A stretch of 64,000 bases of DNA from Geopsychrobacteraceae bacterium. GTDB taxonomy: Bacteria; Desulfobacterota; Desulfuromonadia; Desulfuromonadales; Geopsychrobacteraceae. The position numbers were made by a program, and so were the translations under genes. Numbering within the stretch: position 1 is the first letter of the stretch; each line of letters opens with the position of its first letter. The notes beneath the pieces were generated by a model that saw only the letters and a list, made by a program, of their open reading frames with translations, had not been told where the DNA came from and ran no database searches. Below are positions 21,644 through 31,504 of the stretch, in pieces. The stretch spans positions 1,824,001 to 1,888,000 of the forward strand of contig OY759353.1 in assembly GCA_963662315.1 (NCBI GenBank). The letters run 5' to 3'.

Positions 21644-22959
21644 ACTACCCGGTCTGGAACCTGACAACCTACGGTGGAGGCTTTTTGATTGCTCTGATTG
21701 CGATTGTTCATGTGCTGGTTTCGCACTTTGCTGTTGGCGGCGGCGCCTTCCTGGTCCTTCTGGAGCGCAAAGCGTATCAGGAAAACAACCATAACCTGCT
21801 CAATTACGTTAAAACCCACAGCAAGTTTTTCCTGTTGCTGACCATGGTATTCGGCGGCCTGACAGGGGTCGGCATCTGGTGGACCATCGCCCTGCTCAAC
21901 CCGGCAGCAACCTCAGCTCTGATTCATATTTTCGTCTTCGGCTGGGCTGCTGAATGGGTGTTCTTTGTCGGTGAGATCGTCGCCCTGTTCATCTACTTCT
22001 ATACCTTTGGCAAGATGGACCGCAAAAACCACATGATCATCGGCTGGCTCTATTTTCTGTGTGCCTGGATGTCCCTGTTCCTGATCAACGGTATTATCGA
22101 TTTCATGCTGACCCCCGGCGCCTGGCTCGACAACGGCAATTTCTGGTCCGGTTTTTTCAACCCGACCTTCTGGCCTTCCCTGGTTTTCCGTACCGGTCTG
22201 TCTCTGGTCCTTTGCGGTGTGTTCGGCTATGTCACAGCGGCATTTCTTAACCATACAGATCTGCGCCAGCGTTTGTTACGCCTGTGTGCCCGTTGGATTG
22301 CGCTACCATTTATCCTGATGCTGATCGGTGGCTGGTGGTATATTACGGCACTCCCGGCCGAGCAATCGTTCATGATTTTCACCAAATCGCCGGAACTGGG
22401 CCGCTTTGTTACGGCCATATTCTGGCTGTTGCCCATTCTGTTTCTTGCCTCCATGCTCATGGCCTTTAAACTGCCACAGAGTTTTCAGAAAGGGTTCTGC
22501 TTTGTTGTTGTGGCCATCGCCCTGATCTATTTTGGCGCGTTTGAATTCGTGCGCGAAGGTGGCCGTCGTCCTTATGTCATTCACAACTACATGTATGCCA
22601 ACCAGATTTATGTTAAGGATGTGTCCACCATTCAGCAGACCGGATTTCTGCCAACATCCAAATGGGCGCACAACAAAGATATCAATAATGACAACCTGCT
22701 CAGCGCCGGCCAGGAACTCTTCAAATTCCAGTGTAGTACCTGCCATTCTATCGGCGGCCCCCTTAACGACATGCGCCATCTCTCCGCCAAATATGACAGT
22801 GTCTTCGGCATGGATGCCAAATTAAATGGTCTTGGCAACATGAACAATTACATGCCGCCGTTTTTAGGAACCCGTGCCGAACGCTGGGCTCTGGCCAACT
22901 ACATTGTCCATAGTCCTGATATTCACCCTCAACCACATGCAACTGCCGCCAGCCATTAA
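21640..22959 (+). CDS. cytochrome bd subunit I-like protein with C-terminal monoheme cytochrome c
   Basis: HVLVSHFAVGGG, GGLTGVGIW, AEWVFFVGE, EFVREGGRRPY; CSTCH with distal MPP. Confidence 0.75.
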   Translation: MNYPVWNLTTYGGGFLIALIAIVHVLVSHFAVGGGAFLVLLERKAYQENNHNLLNYVKTHSKFFLLLTMVFGGLTGVGIWWTIALLNPAATSALIHIFVFGWAAEWVFFVGEIVALFIYFYTFGKMDRKNHMIIGWLYFLCAWMSLFLINGIIDFMLTPGAWLDNGNFWSGFFNPTFWPSLVFRTGLSLVLCGVFGYVTAAFLNHTDLRQRLLRLCARWIALPFILMLIGGWWYITALPAEQSFMIFTKSPELGRFVTAIFWLLPILFLASMLMAFKLPQSFQKGFCFVVVAIALIYFGAFEFVREGGRRPYVIHNYMYANQIYVKDVSTIQQTGFLPTSKWAHNKDINNDNLLSAGQELFKFQCSTCHSIGGPLNDMRHLSAKYDSVFGMDAKLNGLGNMNNYMPPFLGTRAERWALANYIVHSPDIHPQPHATAASH

Positions 22960-22978
22960 GCCTGAAGGGACAAAGATA

Positions 22979-24460
22979 ATGAAAAGAAACCTGACAACTC
23001 CGGCCGTTATCATGCTGGCCCTGGTAGCTTTTGGCCTGGGCACTTCGCTATCTCTTGCGGCCAACACTCAAGCTCAGCGTGCGTTTACGCCCCTGGCGGA
23101 AGCGGACGGGCTAAATCTTGGCAATCCGGTCTTTACTGAAAAGGATCTGCCCATTGAAATCCCAACCTTTGACAAAGAAACCAGTGAATACGTGTTGCTG
23201 GCCTGGAACAATCTGGGGATGCATTGTATTTCCGACAGTGATCCATACTGGATTCTGCTGCCCCCGGCCAACGATCTGTTTGCCCAGTTGGTGAAACGTG
23301 GCGACAGTCCGGAAATCATTACCGAGGGGGTCGAACTCAGCTTTGCGGTTGAGTATGGCTTTAACCATCCGGAGCGTCAGGTCCGTTTCTGGGACTTTGC
23401 CGATAAATTATTGGGAGCAGAGCTGAAACCAGGGGTTGGTGTTAGTGGCAACCACGTTTCAGGCCTGATGAAATTTGAAGACGACAAACGTGTCTTTGGC
23501 GCAACCTTTATCCCCGTTGTGCCCTACACTGACAAGGGTGAATATAATCCCTATCCGATCTTCACCATCACTGCCAAAGACCAGAAGACCGGGAAGATTC
23601 TGGCCACCACCAAAACCGTCGCACCAACGTCCACAGAGATGGGCTGCAAAAATTGCCATGGTGGAGGCTGGCGCGTAGAAGGGGTCGCCGGGTTCACCGA
23701 TGCAACCAGCCTGGACATCCTGGTTGCCCATGATAAAAACAGCGGAACCAACCTGGCCGAAAAAGCTAAAAATGGCGAGCCGATGCTGTGTCAATCCTGC
23801 CACGCTGATCCGGTGCTGGGAACCAAAGGAAACCCGGAACTACTGAATTTCCCCGCAGCGCTGCATGGTTGGCATGCCAATTACCTGACTGATCGCGAAG
23901 GGATGCAAGCCTGTGTGGCCTGCCACCCATCGCGCCCCGATGGACCGACCCAATGCTTCCGCAGTCATCATGCCCAGTTCATGGACTGTACAAACTGCCA
24001 CGGAACGATGGAAGATCACGCGCTATCGCTACTGAAAAAAGAGCACGACGCCGGAAAAAAAGGCGCCGCGCGCTTAATGGCAAAACTGAAACCACGTAAT
24101 GTCGAGTCCATTGAGCAAATCAAGCCACGCACCCCCTGGATCAACTTGCCCGACTGTCTGAACTGTCATGAGGACTTCCAGATGGGTTCGACTGTCGATG
24201 CGTTCAATACCTGGACCGAAGGGGCATCAGATCTGTACCGCAACCGCAGGGATCAGATGGAAGCAATCATGTGTGAAGCCTGCCATGGCAGCACTCATGC
24301 TGTCTATCCGGCAACCTTCAACAAGTTTGGCAGCCACAGAGACAGCATTCAACCATTGCAATATCAGGGCAACGACCGCCCCATTGGTAACGACTGTACT
24401 GTCTGCCATACCGTCCAGCCTGAGTTTGAAGGGCACCATCCAAATTCATTACGTTTGTAA
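22979..24460 (+). CDS. periplasmic multiheme cytochrome c (7 CxxCH)
   Basis: Signal peptide from ATG 22979; CKNCH, CQSCH, CVACH, CTNCH, CLNCH, CEACH, CTVCH. Confidence 0.9.
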   Translation: MKRNLTTPAVIMLALVAFGLGTSLSLAANTQAQRAFTPLAEADGLNLGNPVFTEKDLPIEIPTFDKETSEYVLLAWNNLGMHCISDSDPYWILLPPANDLFAQLVKRGDSPEIITEGVELSFAVEYGFNHPERQVRFWDFADKLLGAELKPGVGVSGNHVSGLMKFEDDKRVFGATFIPVVPYTDKGEYNPYPIFTITAKDQKTGKILATTKTVAPTSTEMGCKNCHGGGWRVEGVAGFTDATSLDILVAHDKNSGTNLAEKAKNGEPMLCQSCHADPVLGTKGNPELLNFPAALHGWHANYLTDREGMQACVACHPSRPDGPTQCFRSHHAQFMDCTNCHGTMEDHALSLLKKEHDAGKKGAARLMAKLKPRNVESIEQIKPRTPWINLPDCLNCHEDFQMGSTVDAFNTWTEGASDLYRNRRDQMEAIMCEACHGSTHAVYPATFNKFGSHRDSIQPLQYQGNDRPIGNDCTVCHTVQPEFEGHHPNSLRL

Positions 24461-24486
24461 TCGCAACCTCGGTAATATACCAACCG

Positions 24487-24520
24487 ACACGGCAGCCAAA
24501 TACCTGTCTGGCTGCCGTGT
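24487..24520 (+). terminator. hairpin after cytochrome cluster
   Basis: acacggcagcca-N10-tggctgccgtgt (no clear U tail). Confidence 0.5.
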
Positions 24521-24628
24521 GAACGCGACCTATACCATAGTTCAATTCAACTTCGTTCTAGCAGCATATACTTGACAGCTAGATTAGATTTTAATAATCT
24601 TCTGACAACCATATCCTGCGGAGCATCG

Positions 24629-25960
24629 ATGGAAACAAAAACCTACAAAATCGTCTTTTCCGGTGACCTTGCTTTTGATACTGATGCCGATGAAGTCAGT
24701 GCTGCCTTGGCTGAGAAATGTCGCTACCCGCAACCCGTTATCGATAAAATTCTGAATAGTAAAAAGATCACTATCAAAAAAGGGCTGTCCTCAGAGGACG
24801 CCCTTCGCTATAAGAGTTTCTTTGATCGCCTTGGCCTGATGTGCGATATGGTTTCAGAGCAGGAAGTCCAGCAGATTCCGCCGTTACTGCAGCAAGAAAC
24901 GGTTGCCAAACCGCAAGCAGCGGGCCGCACCTGTCCGAAATGCGGGGCATCCGGACAGCTTGAAGGCACATGTCTTAATTGCGGCATTATTTTTGAGCGT
25001 TTTGAAAACGTCCGCACCAGAAACTATGAATATGACATGTCTCCCCAGGATATTATCGAGCCCACCATTACCGGCGATCCACTCTGGCAAAGATTGGTCC
25101 AGCACCCAGGCATACAGACCCTGATCATGTTGGCTGTGATTTTCCTGATTCGTGGCCCGTTGCACAATTTATACCTTCTTGCTATAGCCATGGGCAGTGT
25201 CGGAGTCATTGCCTATTTTCTCTTTCAGGCCAGCGAAACGGGTGATTCGGCACTTGATCTTTGCTCCTCTCATATTGCCCTTTGGCCACAAAAACTGGAA
25301 AGGGACGAGACGATTTCCCGTGACAGAAGTCTTTGGCCGATCATACCGACCTATAGTCAGATCATTTTATTTTACCTGTTCCTTCTGTTTCTTCCCGGCA
25401 AGTTGGCCACGCTCAGCTTTTTCCCCGCTGAAAAATCAACCCTGGTCACAATTATCAATTTTTTCCTGGCCCCACTGATCCACACCGATAATCAACATTT
25501 ATGGCCAAACATGACCATTTTATGGCTATTGATTTCTCATATGGAGCAGTGCTCAACGCGTCAGAAACTGAGCTATCTGTGTGCAGCAACATTACTGCCA
25601 CAGGGGCTCTATACCCTGCTGACCTTGTCCCTTGGTCAGACTCCCCATGTCGTTGGCTCTTCAGCACTGATCGCCTCCCTACTGGGCACTATCATCGCAG
25701 TGCAGCCCCGCGCCTTCATAACCGGCTCACTACCCTTAATCAGTCCGCTCTCAGCGCTGACACGTATCAGTGTAAAGGTTGAGATTCAACCGCTTGTCCT
25801 GACTGGCCTGTTCTTTTTATTTGCCGTCGGTGGTAATCTGCCCCAAGTTAAAATATCTGACAGCCAGGATCTTTTATACCCACTGTCGGGGCTTGTTTGT
25901 GGTCTTGTGGCAGGTTACTTACATGTGCTGCGGAGCAAGAAAACTAAACAAAAAAAGTAG
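24629..25960 (+). CDS. zinc-ribbon + rhomboid-like membrane protein
   Basis: CPKC..CLNC; H-x4-H-x3-N (HTDNQHLWPNM); VGSSA; ATG 24629 with GGAG RBS. Confidence 0.7.
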   Translation: METKTYKIVFSGDLAFDTDADEVSAALAEKCRYPQPVIDKILNSKKITIKKGLSSEDALRYKSFFDRLGLMCDMVSEQEVQQIPPLLQQETVAKPQAAGRTCPKCGASGQLEGTCLNCGIIFERFENVRTRNYEYDMSPQDIIEPTITGDPLWQRLVQHPGIQTLIMLAVIFLIRGPLHNLYLLAIAMGSVGVIAYFLFQASETGDSALDLCSSHIALWPQKLERDETISRDRSLWPIIPTYSQIILFYLFLLFLPGKLATLSFFPAEKSTLVTIINFFLAPLIHTDNQHLWPNMTILWLLISHMEQCSTRQKLSYLCAATLLPQGLYTLLTLSLGQTPHVVGSSALIASLLGTIIAVQPRAFITGSLPLISPLSALTRISVKVEIQPLVLTGLFFLFAVGGNLPQVKISDSQDLLYPLSGLVCGLVAGYLHVLRSKKTKQKK

Positions 25961-26054
25961 CGAGCATAATGCTTACTGCGAACTTAGCGCGAATCGCGGG
26001 TGCTCCCTTCTTCAATAAGCATTTATTTCTCAGGAAATCCCACCACACACCTTG

Positions 26055-26981
26055 CTAACGGATAATCCTAATGCCTGACAGCCCGGCAGTTTTTTCGGCC
26101 AGTTCACGAAGATGAAGGCGCTGGATAGCGGCAACCAACCGTTCGACATCCGTGGCCATAGCCATGGTCTCCAGATCAAACTGAACCCCGCAGATATAGT
26201 TGAAACTGTTAAAACGCCGCAAAGGCACAATGCGTCGAACCATACCGTTGAGACTCAGATCGCCACAGCCTTCGACCTTGACTCCAAGGTGCAACTGATC
26301 GCCGACGACGAAGGAGGGTTCGTTATCCGGGATCAAAAACCCTAGCCCGCTGACGCTGATATCTTCAATCTGATAAAATGGTCCTATTGCCTGCCCCTGG
26401 TCATTCAGCAGAGAGACCTTGGCATTGACAGCAGAGAGGACTTTGGCACGAAAACTGCGGAAACCTTTGATAACGCGTCCGATTTGGGGAAAGTCGAAAA
26501 CCAGGCACGGGTTACTGGAATCGTTGTAGACATTGCGAAAGGTGCAGCCGAGTTCAACAGCGATAGTGCCGGTATAGTATTTGAACACTGCCGATGTGTA
26601 ATGGCGGATGCTGACGTTTCCCATATTGGGGGACAAGGGCGAAGTCAGAAGAAAATTGGTCGCTTTAAGATATTCACCCAAATCTTGAGGAGGGTTGATC
26701 AGTGTTTGTTTCTCTTGCTCCAGCAGAGTTTGGATTATTTCATTGTTATCAGCTACTACGGTAAAAAAAGCCCGTGTCAGCTGGGCAATATCGACTTCGA
26801 TCAGATGTTCTTCAAGCAGGGCAGTTTGCAAGTAAGGAACGATGGTTTTGGCGCCGGACAAGATCTGGATGTTGTTTTCCGCATAAACTTCAGCCTCCTC
26901 CCTGTTACCTTCATAGTCGGCGAAATAACTTCGGTATAACTGGTCGACTTCCTCGGGGGGCAAATCGTCACTCTGCAGCAT
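26055..26981 (-). CDS. PilZ domain protein
   Basis: RSFR and DISVSG motifs, C-terminal CGVQF. Confidence 0.75.
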   Translation of the reverse strand: MLQSDDLPPEEVDQLYRSYFADYEGNREEAEVYAENNIQILSGAKTIVPYLQTALLEEHLIEVDIAQLTRAFFTVVADNNEIIQTLLEQEKQTLINPPQDLGEYLKATNFLLTSPLSPNMGNVSIRHYTSAVFKYYTGTIAVELGCTFRNVYNDSSNPCLVFDFPQIGRVIKGFRSFRAKVLSAVNAKVSLLNDQGQAIGPFYQIEDISVSGLGFLIPDNEPSFVVGDQLHLGVKVEGCGDLSLNGMVRRIVPLRRFNSFNYICGVQFDLETMAMATDVERLVAAIQRLHLRELAEKTAGLSGIRIIR

Positions 26982-27021
26982 GAAAAAACCTCGTGAAGCA
27001 CCTTTTGGATAACGATAATTT

Positions 27022-27381
27022 TTATTGGCGCAGGTTGTCTATGATTACTTTTAACTCTTCGAGCTGAATGGGTTTGCTCAATATGTAGTCAGCACCGCAA
27101 CTGCGCGCCATATTGAGGCGTTGCGTGTTGGTTTCGGAAGTGACCATGCAAACTTTGGTTTGATTTCCGCTACCGCGAATTGAGATAATCAGATCGAGCC
27201 CGCTCATACTGTCCATATACCAGTCAGTAAAAATCAGATCCGGGGTTTCATCATCTATGGCTTGCCAGGCGGATTTTCCGTCATCGGCCTCAATGAAGGT
27301 TGCATCCGGCAGAAACAGTTCAATCGATTTCCTGACGGCACATCGGGCCACTCTACTATCGTCGACCAAAAGTATTTTCAC
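27022..27381 (-). CDS. single-domain response regulator (CheY-like)
   Basis: LLVDD, IFTDW.M..MSG, MVTSE, SKP. Confidence 0.9.
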   Translation of the reverse strand: MKILLVDDSRVARCAVRKSIELFLPDATFIEADDGKSAWQAIDDETPDLIFTDWYMDSMSGLDLIISIRGSGNQTKVCMVTSETNTQRLNMARSCGADYILSKPIQLEELKVIIDNLRQ

Positions 27382-27393
27382 GAACCCTCCATC

Positions 27394-27840
27394 TCAGGTT
27401 GTTTGGCAAACCTGTATGATAAATTCTTCCCCCCCAACGGCGAGAAACCTTTTCTGAAAGATTGCATCGATCTTGAATAACGAGAGCAATGCGTCATTGC
27501 CGAAGGATATGGTCGGCCGTGACAGTTCACTGTCGCCGAAAAAATTGACTTTAATATTGCCCGCCAGGACGTTGACAAGTTCTTTTAAACAGTCCTGAAT
27601 ATCGTCCAGTGACACCTCTGCCTGTGGTTTCTGAAACATATGGGCAGACACCATACGGGCCAACGGCTCAGCCAGCGCCAGCGAAAGGGAACCATCGTGG
27701 GTGCCGCGGGTGAAGATTACTGACGCGGTGTACAGCTCATCCTTCTGCTGCAAATCACGTTCATCTCCCGAGGAGATATCCACGCCGGAAGCTTTGGTCC
27801 AACAGATTCTGATCAGATTTTCAATTGCGGAATTTTCCAT
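27394..27840 (-). CDS. CheX-like phosphatase
   Basis: DCLKELVNVLAGN (ExxN) and LSRPT; ATG 27840. Confidence 0.8.
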   Translation of the reverse strand: MENSAIENLIRICWTKASGVDISSGDERDLQQKDELYTASVIFTRGTHDGSLSLALAEPLARMVSAHMFQKPQAEVSLDDIQDCLKELVNVLAGNIKVNFFGDSELSRPTISFGNDALLSLFKIDAIFQKRFLAVGGEEFIIQVCQTT

Positions 27841-28506
27841 ATCACCTGTCCCGGGGTGCAATCCCTGGAAAGCACACATCATGATAGCGGTGGGGATCTC
27901 CGTGTAAAAACAAACAAATTAAATCTAGCAAATAAACAAAAATTAATCAACATGCAACTTTTGTTTATTTGTTATAGTGAGAGCGTTTTTTTGCTTCAAA
28001 CAACCACTTGAGTCAATTGTTGCGGTCCCGGGGAAACTTCAGGAGAAATTCCTGTTTATGGCAACAAGGGGTGATATGCCAAACCTAACCTGGCAAGAAA
28101 TGACGATGAGCACGTGGCATGAGTTCCCCCTCGGTTTTTATCTACAGGTGTAATCACTGAGGAGAGACGCTTGAAAGATTGTAGGAGTAGCTGACAGGCA
28201 CAGAAAATAGCTGAACAATCAGGCAGGCCCCCTCCCGCTTGAATCTTTTTGGCGTTAATTAATGTGAAACGGCACGACGGTCAAGTCATGACTCTAACGA
28301 CTGAAAGCTTCCCATCGTACACTGTGGCTTTTCTGAGTTACAGGGGAAGGGAGAAAAACATTTTACCCCTCTCTTCCTGTCCTCGGCAGAAGATATTTTC
28401 CTGTTGAGTAAATGGCGTATGTTTAATAGACTTTCGGGCTCTATCATTGACTCACAAAGCTCACCGTTCACGTCGCTTCCAGCGGCGAAAAGGATATCTT
28501 AACATC

Positions 28507-29889
28507 ATGCAAGTAACGAACGTTTCAATTCTGCCGACCGAGGCAGCTAAAGCCGCAGGCCGTCCTGCTTTGACCCCGGAACTTCTTGCCGCCAGCGGCG
28601 CTCGCTACTCACGCAACAATGAAGGGCTTGATGCGATTCTGTCCAAAATCGATCCGGATAATCTCGATAAATCGGTCGATGGCATCTTTAAAATGATCGA
28701 CTATGGTCATCAGTCTATTGCCGACATGGCACCGGTGTCCATGTTTATCGACGATATTTCCATTCTGCTGGCCTACCTGATCTGGAGTTGGTGCCCCACC
28801 GCTGGTGGTCAGGAATCATCGACCCGTTATATCAAACTGGATAAATCAGGGCTGGTTGAACCTGCTTTACTCGGCGTCCCTGTGGACCAGCACGAGCAGT
28901 GGTACCGCTTTATGGAAAAATGTTTCGGCGCTTATGAAGACGCGCTCACATTCTGGGATCAGGTCGGCGCGAACAATCCCGATCTGACCATGATCCCCCA
29001 GGCGTTACTCAATGATCCGAGCGAAAAGGCGCAGAAACAGTTGGCGCGCATGAAGCGAAACTATGCCTTTGATCGCGCCCGCTATTTCCTGCCGGTCGCG
29101 GCCAAAACCAATATCATGCTGATCATGTCGTCACGTGGCTGGGTACAGCTGTGTCAGAACCTGCTGTCTCACTGGCTTCCTGAGGCCAAAGTTCTGGGCG
29201 AAAAAATCCGGGAGGAATTAAGTCTGTCCGCCCCGCGCATGATAAAACACGCAGAAGCCAAGCCCTCCTTTATTGCCGGTCACCAGAATGATTTTCAGAC
29301 CCTGGCGCAGCAGGCCGTTACACAAACCATTCCGGAAGGGGAAGCGGAAACGCTGGCAACCTTTGATATTTATCCTCCGACCGGGGTTAGCGAAGCGGAT
29401 CTGATTGCGGCCCTTGCCATCCACGACAACCGCTACGCCATGACCGGCTCGGCCGCCAGCCGTACTGCCGTACGCTTTGCCTGGTCAGCGATGACCATCG
29501 CTGAAATCCGCGACCTCAACCGTCACCGCACCGGCCAGAAGTACTGCCCACTCATCCCTCAGGGCTTTTATTGCGCCGAAGAGCAGTTGCCGAAGAACAC
29601 GCCATTGGCTGCTGAATTTGTCGCCCTTGGCAACCGGTCAACCATGCAGGCACGTCAACAACTGGCCGCTCAAGCCCCTGGCTACTGTGCCTGGTTGCTA
29701 CTGGGTTCGCAATTTATCTTCGAGCACACAACCATGCTCGACAAGTTTGTTTACGAAGCTGAACTGCGCACCGGAACCGGAGCCCACTACAAATACGCCA
29801 CCCATTTACGAGAAGCGGTAGCCGGACTAAGCCAACACTACCCGGAACTGGCAAAGGCCATAGCCCTGGGATCGAACGAACCGGAATAG
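28507..29889 (+). CDS. double-domain ThyX-like flavin-dependent thymidylate synthase homologue
   Basis: ARYSR, YGHQSIAD, QESSTRY, DRARYFLP, RDLNRHRT, ELRT..GAH. Confidence 0.75.
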   Translation: MQVTNVSILPTEAAKAAGRPALTPELLAASGARYSRNNEGLDAILSKIDPDNLDKSVDGIFKMIDYGHQSIADMAPVSMFIDDISILLAYLIWSWCPTAGGQESSTRYIKLDKSGLVEPALLGVPVDQHEQWYRFMEKCFGAYEDALTFWDQVGANNPDLTMIPQALLNDPSEKAQKQLARMKRNYAFDRARYFLPVAAKTNIMLIMSSRGWVQLCQNLLSHWLPEAKVLGEKIREELSLSAPRMIKHAEAKPSFIAGHQNDFQTLAQQAVTQTIPEGEAETLATFDIYPPTGVSEADLIAALAIHDNRYAMTGSAASRTAVRFAWSAMTIAEIRDLNRHRTGQKYCPLIPQGFYCAEEQLPKNTPLAAEFVALGNRSTMQARQQLAAQAPGYCAWLLLGSQFIFEHTTMLDKFVYEAELRTGTGAHYKYATHLREAVAGLSQHYPELAKAIALGSNEPE

Positions 29890-29919
29890 AGCTGCCGTAA
29901 GAAGAACCGGACAATAGGG

Positions 29920-29964
29920 AAAAACGCAGAACGCCCAGCTGACTGTCTCAGCCGGGCGTTCTGC
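29920..29964. terminator. terminator between convergent genes
   Basis: gcagaacgcccagctga...tcagccgggcgttctgc with A tract on the left. Confidence 0.7.
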
Positions 29965-30004
29965 ATTACAAGGCTATCAACCAAGTATTAATCAGGTCCA
30001 GAAA

Positions 30005-30634
30005 TTATCGATGTGAAGTTGCCAGCAAAGCTCCAAAACCAACAAAAATAGAACCGCTGATCCGGCCGAACATTTTCATCCGTTCCGGTTTGAGCAACCA
30101 CAACTTTGCCCGGCAAGCCAGAAAAGCATAGAACACCAGAAACAGGAATGAAAACAGCATAAGGGTTGACATCAGAATAATGAACTGAGGCAGAACCGGA
30201 GCATCGACAACAACAAACTGGGGAAACAAGGCGGTCAGAAAAACGATGGCCTTGGGATTACTCAGGGCAACTCCGATCGCCTGCAGGTATATTTTCAGGA
30301 TAGATTTTTCGGCCGGGTTAAACTCCCCCTGAAGTTGATTGAGGTCGATACCCCGTTGGCGGAAAAGCCGTATCCCCAGATAAACCAGATATGCCGCTCC
30401 GACATATTTGATCAGGTTAAAGGCAAGTGCTGAAGCATTGAGCAGTGCCCCCAGACCCGTTATGGCAACTGCCCCCATCAGCAACAGCCCGGTAATGTTT
30501 CCAAGCGCCGCAAAGGTTGCTTTGCGCAGTCCGTGCAAAGTGGCATTAGTCATAGCAAACAAGACCGCCGGACCGGGAGTTGACGTTGCAGCCAGAACCA
30601 GGACCAGATACAAAAACCAATTATGGACCATCAC
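30005..30634 (-). CDS. LysE/RhtB family exporter
   Basis: TPGP, GAAYLVYLG, NPKAIVF. Confidence 0.92.
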   Translation of the reverse strand: MMVHNWFLYLVLVLAATSTPGPAVLFAMTNATLHGLRKATFAALGNITGLLLMGAVAITGLGALLNASALAFNLIKYVGAAYLVYLGIRLFRQRGIDLNQLQGEFNPAEKSILKIYLQAIGVALSNPKAIVFLTALFPQFVVVDAPVLPQFIILMSTLMLFSFLFLVFYAFLACRAKLWLLKPERMKMFGRISGSIFVGFGALLATSHR

Positions 30635-30751
30635 CAGAGACCTCCTAAGCTCTCTGGCTCAGATTATAGTGAAAAGTCTTCAACGCAAAACAAAAAGAGC
30701 GCTATCAAAGCCGCTCTTCTCACTTTTTATTTCAATTGTTTTCAAACCAAG

Positions 30752-31408
30752 TCAGTGACTTTTTACCTTAACCGTTTTTTGCTGTTGCAATCCTTTCGAT
30801 ACGGCTTTGGTCATACCGAACAGAACCAGCAGCGCCGGAACCAGCTGGGCGACAATGATCAGAGCGCAAAAACCGACAAAGAGCAAGACCAGTAAGCCAC
30901 TGTTGTAAGTCACTGTCGTGTCAACGGCGAATACGGGTGAGACCAGTAGCATGGTTACGACGATTGATGAAAGTAATGATTTCATTGTGAACATAAGCGT
31001 CCCCTTTCCGGCGTGCAGCACTTGCTGCGTACGTTCTTCATATTGTTTAAAGGCATAACAAACAGCTTCATAGAGTTCTGATTCATTTTCCAGGCCGGCG
31101 CTTTTCAGAGCATGGTAAAAGATCCCTTCTTGACGGATACGACGCACCAGATTCAGCGGCAGCTCTTCTGAGACGAGAATAATAGCCAGGTTGCGGTTAC
31201 ACTTTTTCAACAGCGGCACCAAACGGACAACATTCCCTTCATGGCAATCACCGTCGATAACAACAACCTGGATTTCTTTATTGATAATACCTTCCAGAGC
31301 GTTGGCGACTGAGTCTGCAGTTACCACCCGATATTCATCGGGAGCAAACATGGCACTCAGCCGTTCCCGTGCGCTTTGATCACGATTTGCTATAAGCAGG
31401 CCTTTCAT
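30752..31408 (-). CDS. atypical receiver domain fused to a small signal-peptide/TM module
   Basis: REC-like residues 1-125; residues 139-218 resemble the upstream 79-aa protein. Confidence 0.75.
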   Translation of the reverse strand: MKGLLIANRDQSARERLSAMFAPDEYRVVTADSVANALEGIINKEIQVVVIDGDCHEGNVVRLVPLLKKCNRNLAIILVSEELPLNLVRRIRQEGIFYHALKSAGLENESELYEAVCYAFKQYEERTQQVLHAGKGTLMFTMKSLLSSIVVTMLLVSPVFAVDTTVTYNSGLLVLLFVGFCALIIVAQLVPALLVLFGMTKAVSKGLQQQKTVKVKSH

Positions 31409-31504
31409 GACTTCACCTCATATTAACTGGTTTCCAGCTGAAAACGGCCATTGACCTTTTTGCCACAGTCTGTTTCCACACTGGAAACTTAGACGATAAA
31501 AAGA

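Noticed and set aside
22874..22978. Possible frameshift fusing the bd-like subunit to the multiheme cytochrome
   Set aside because: The downstream gene has its own RBS, ATG (22979) and signal peptide; no slippery site seen
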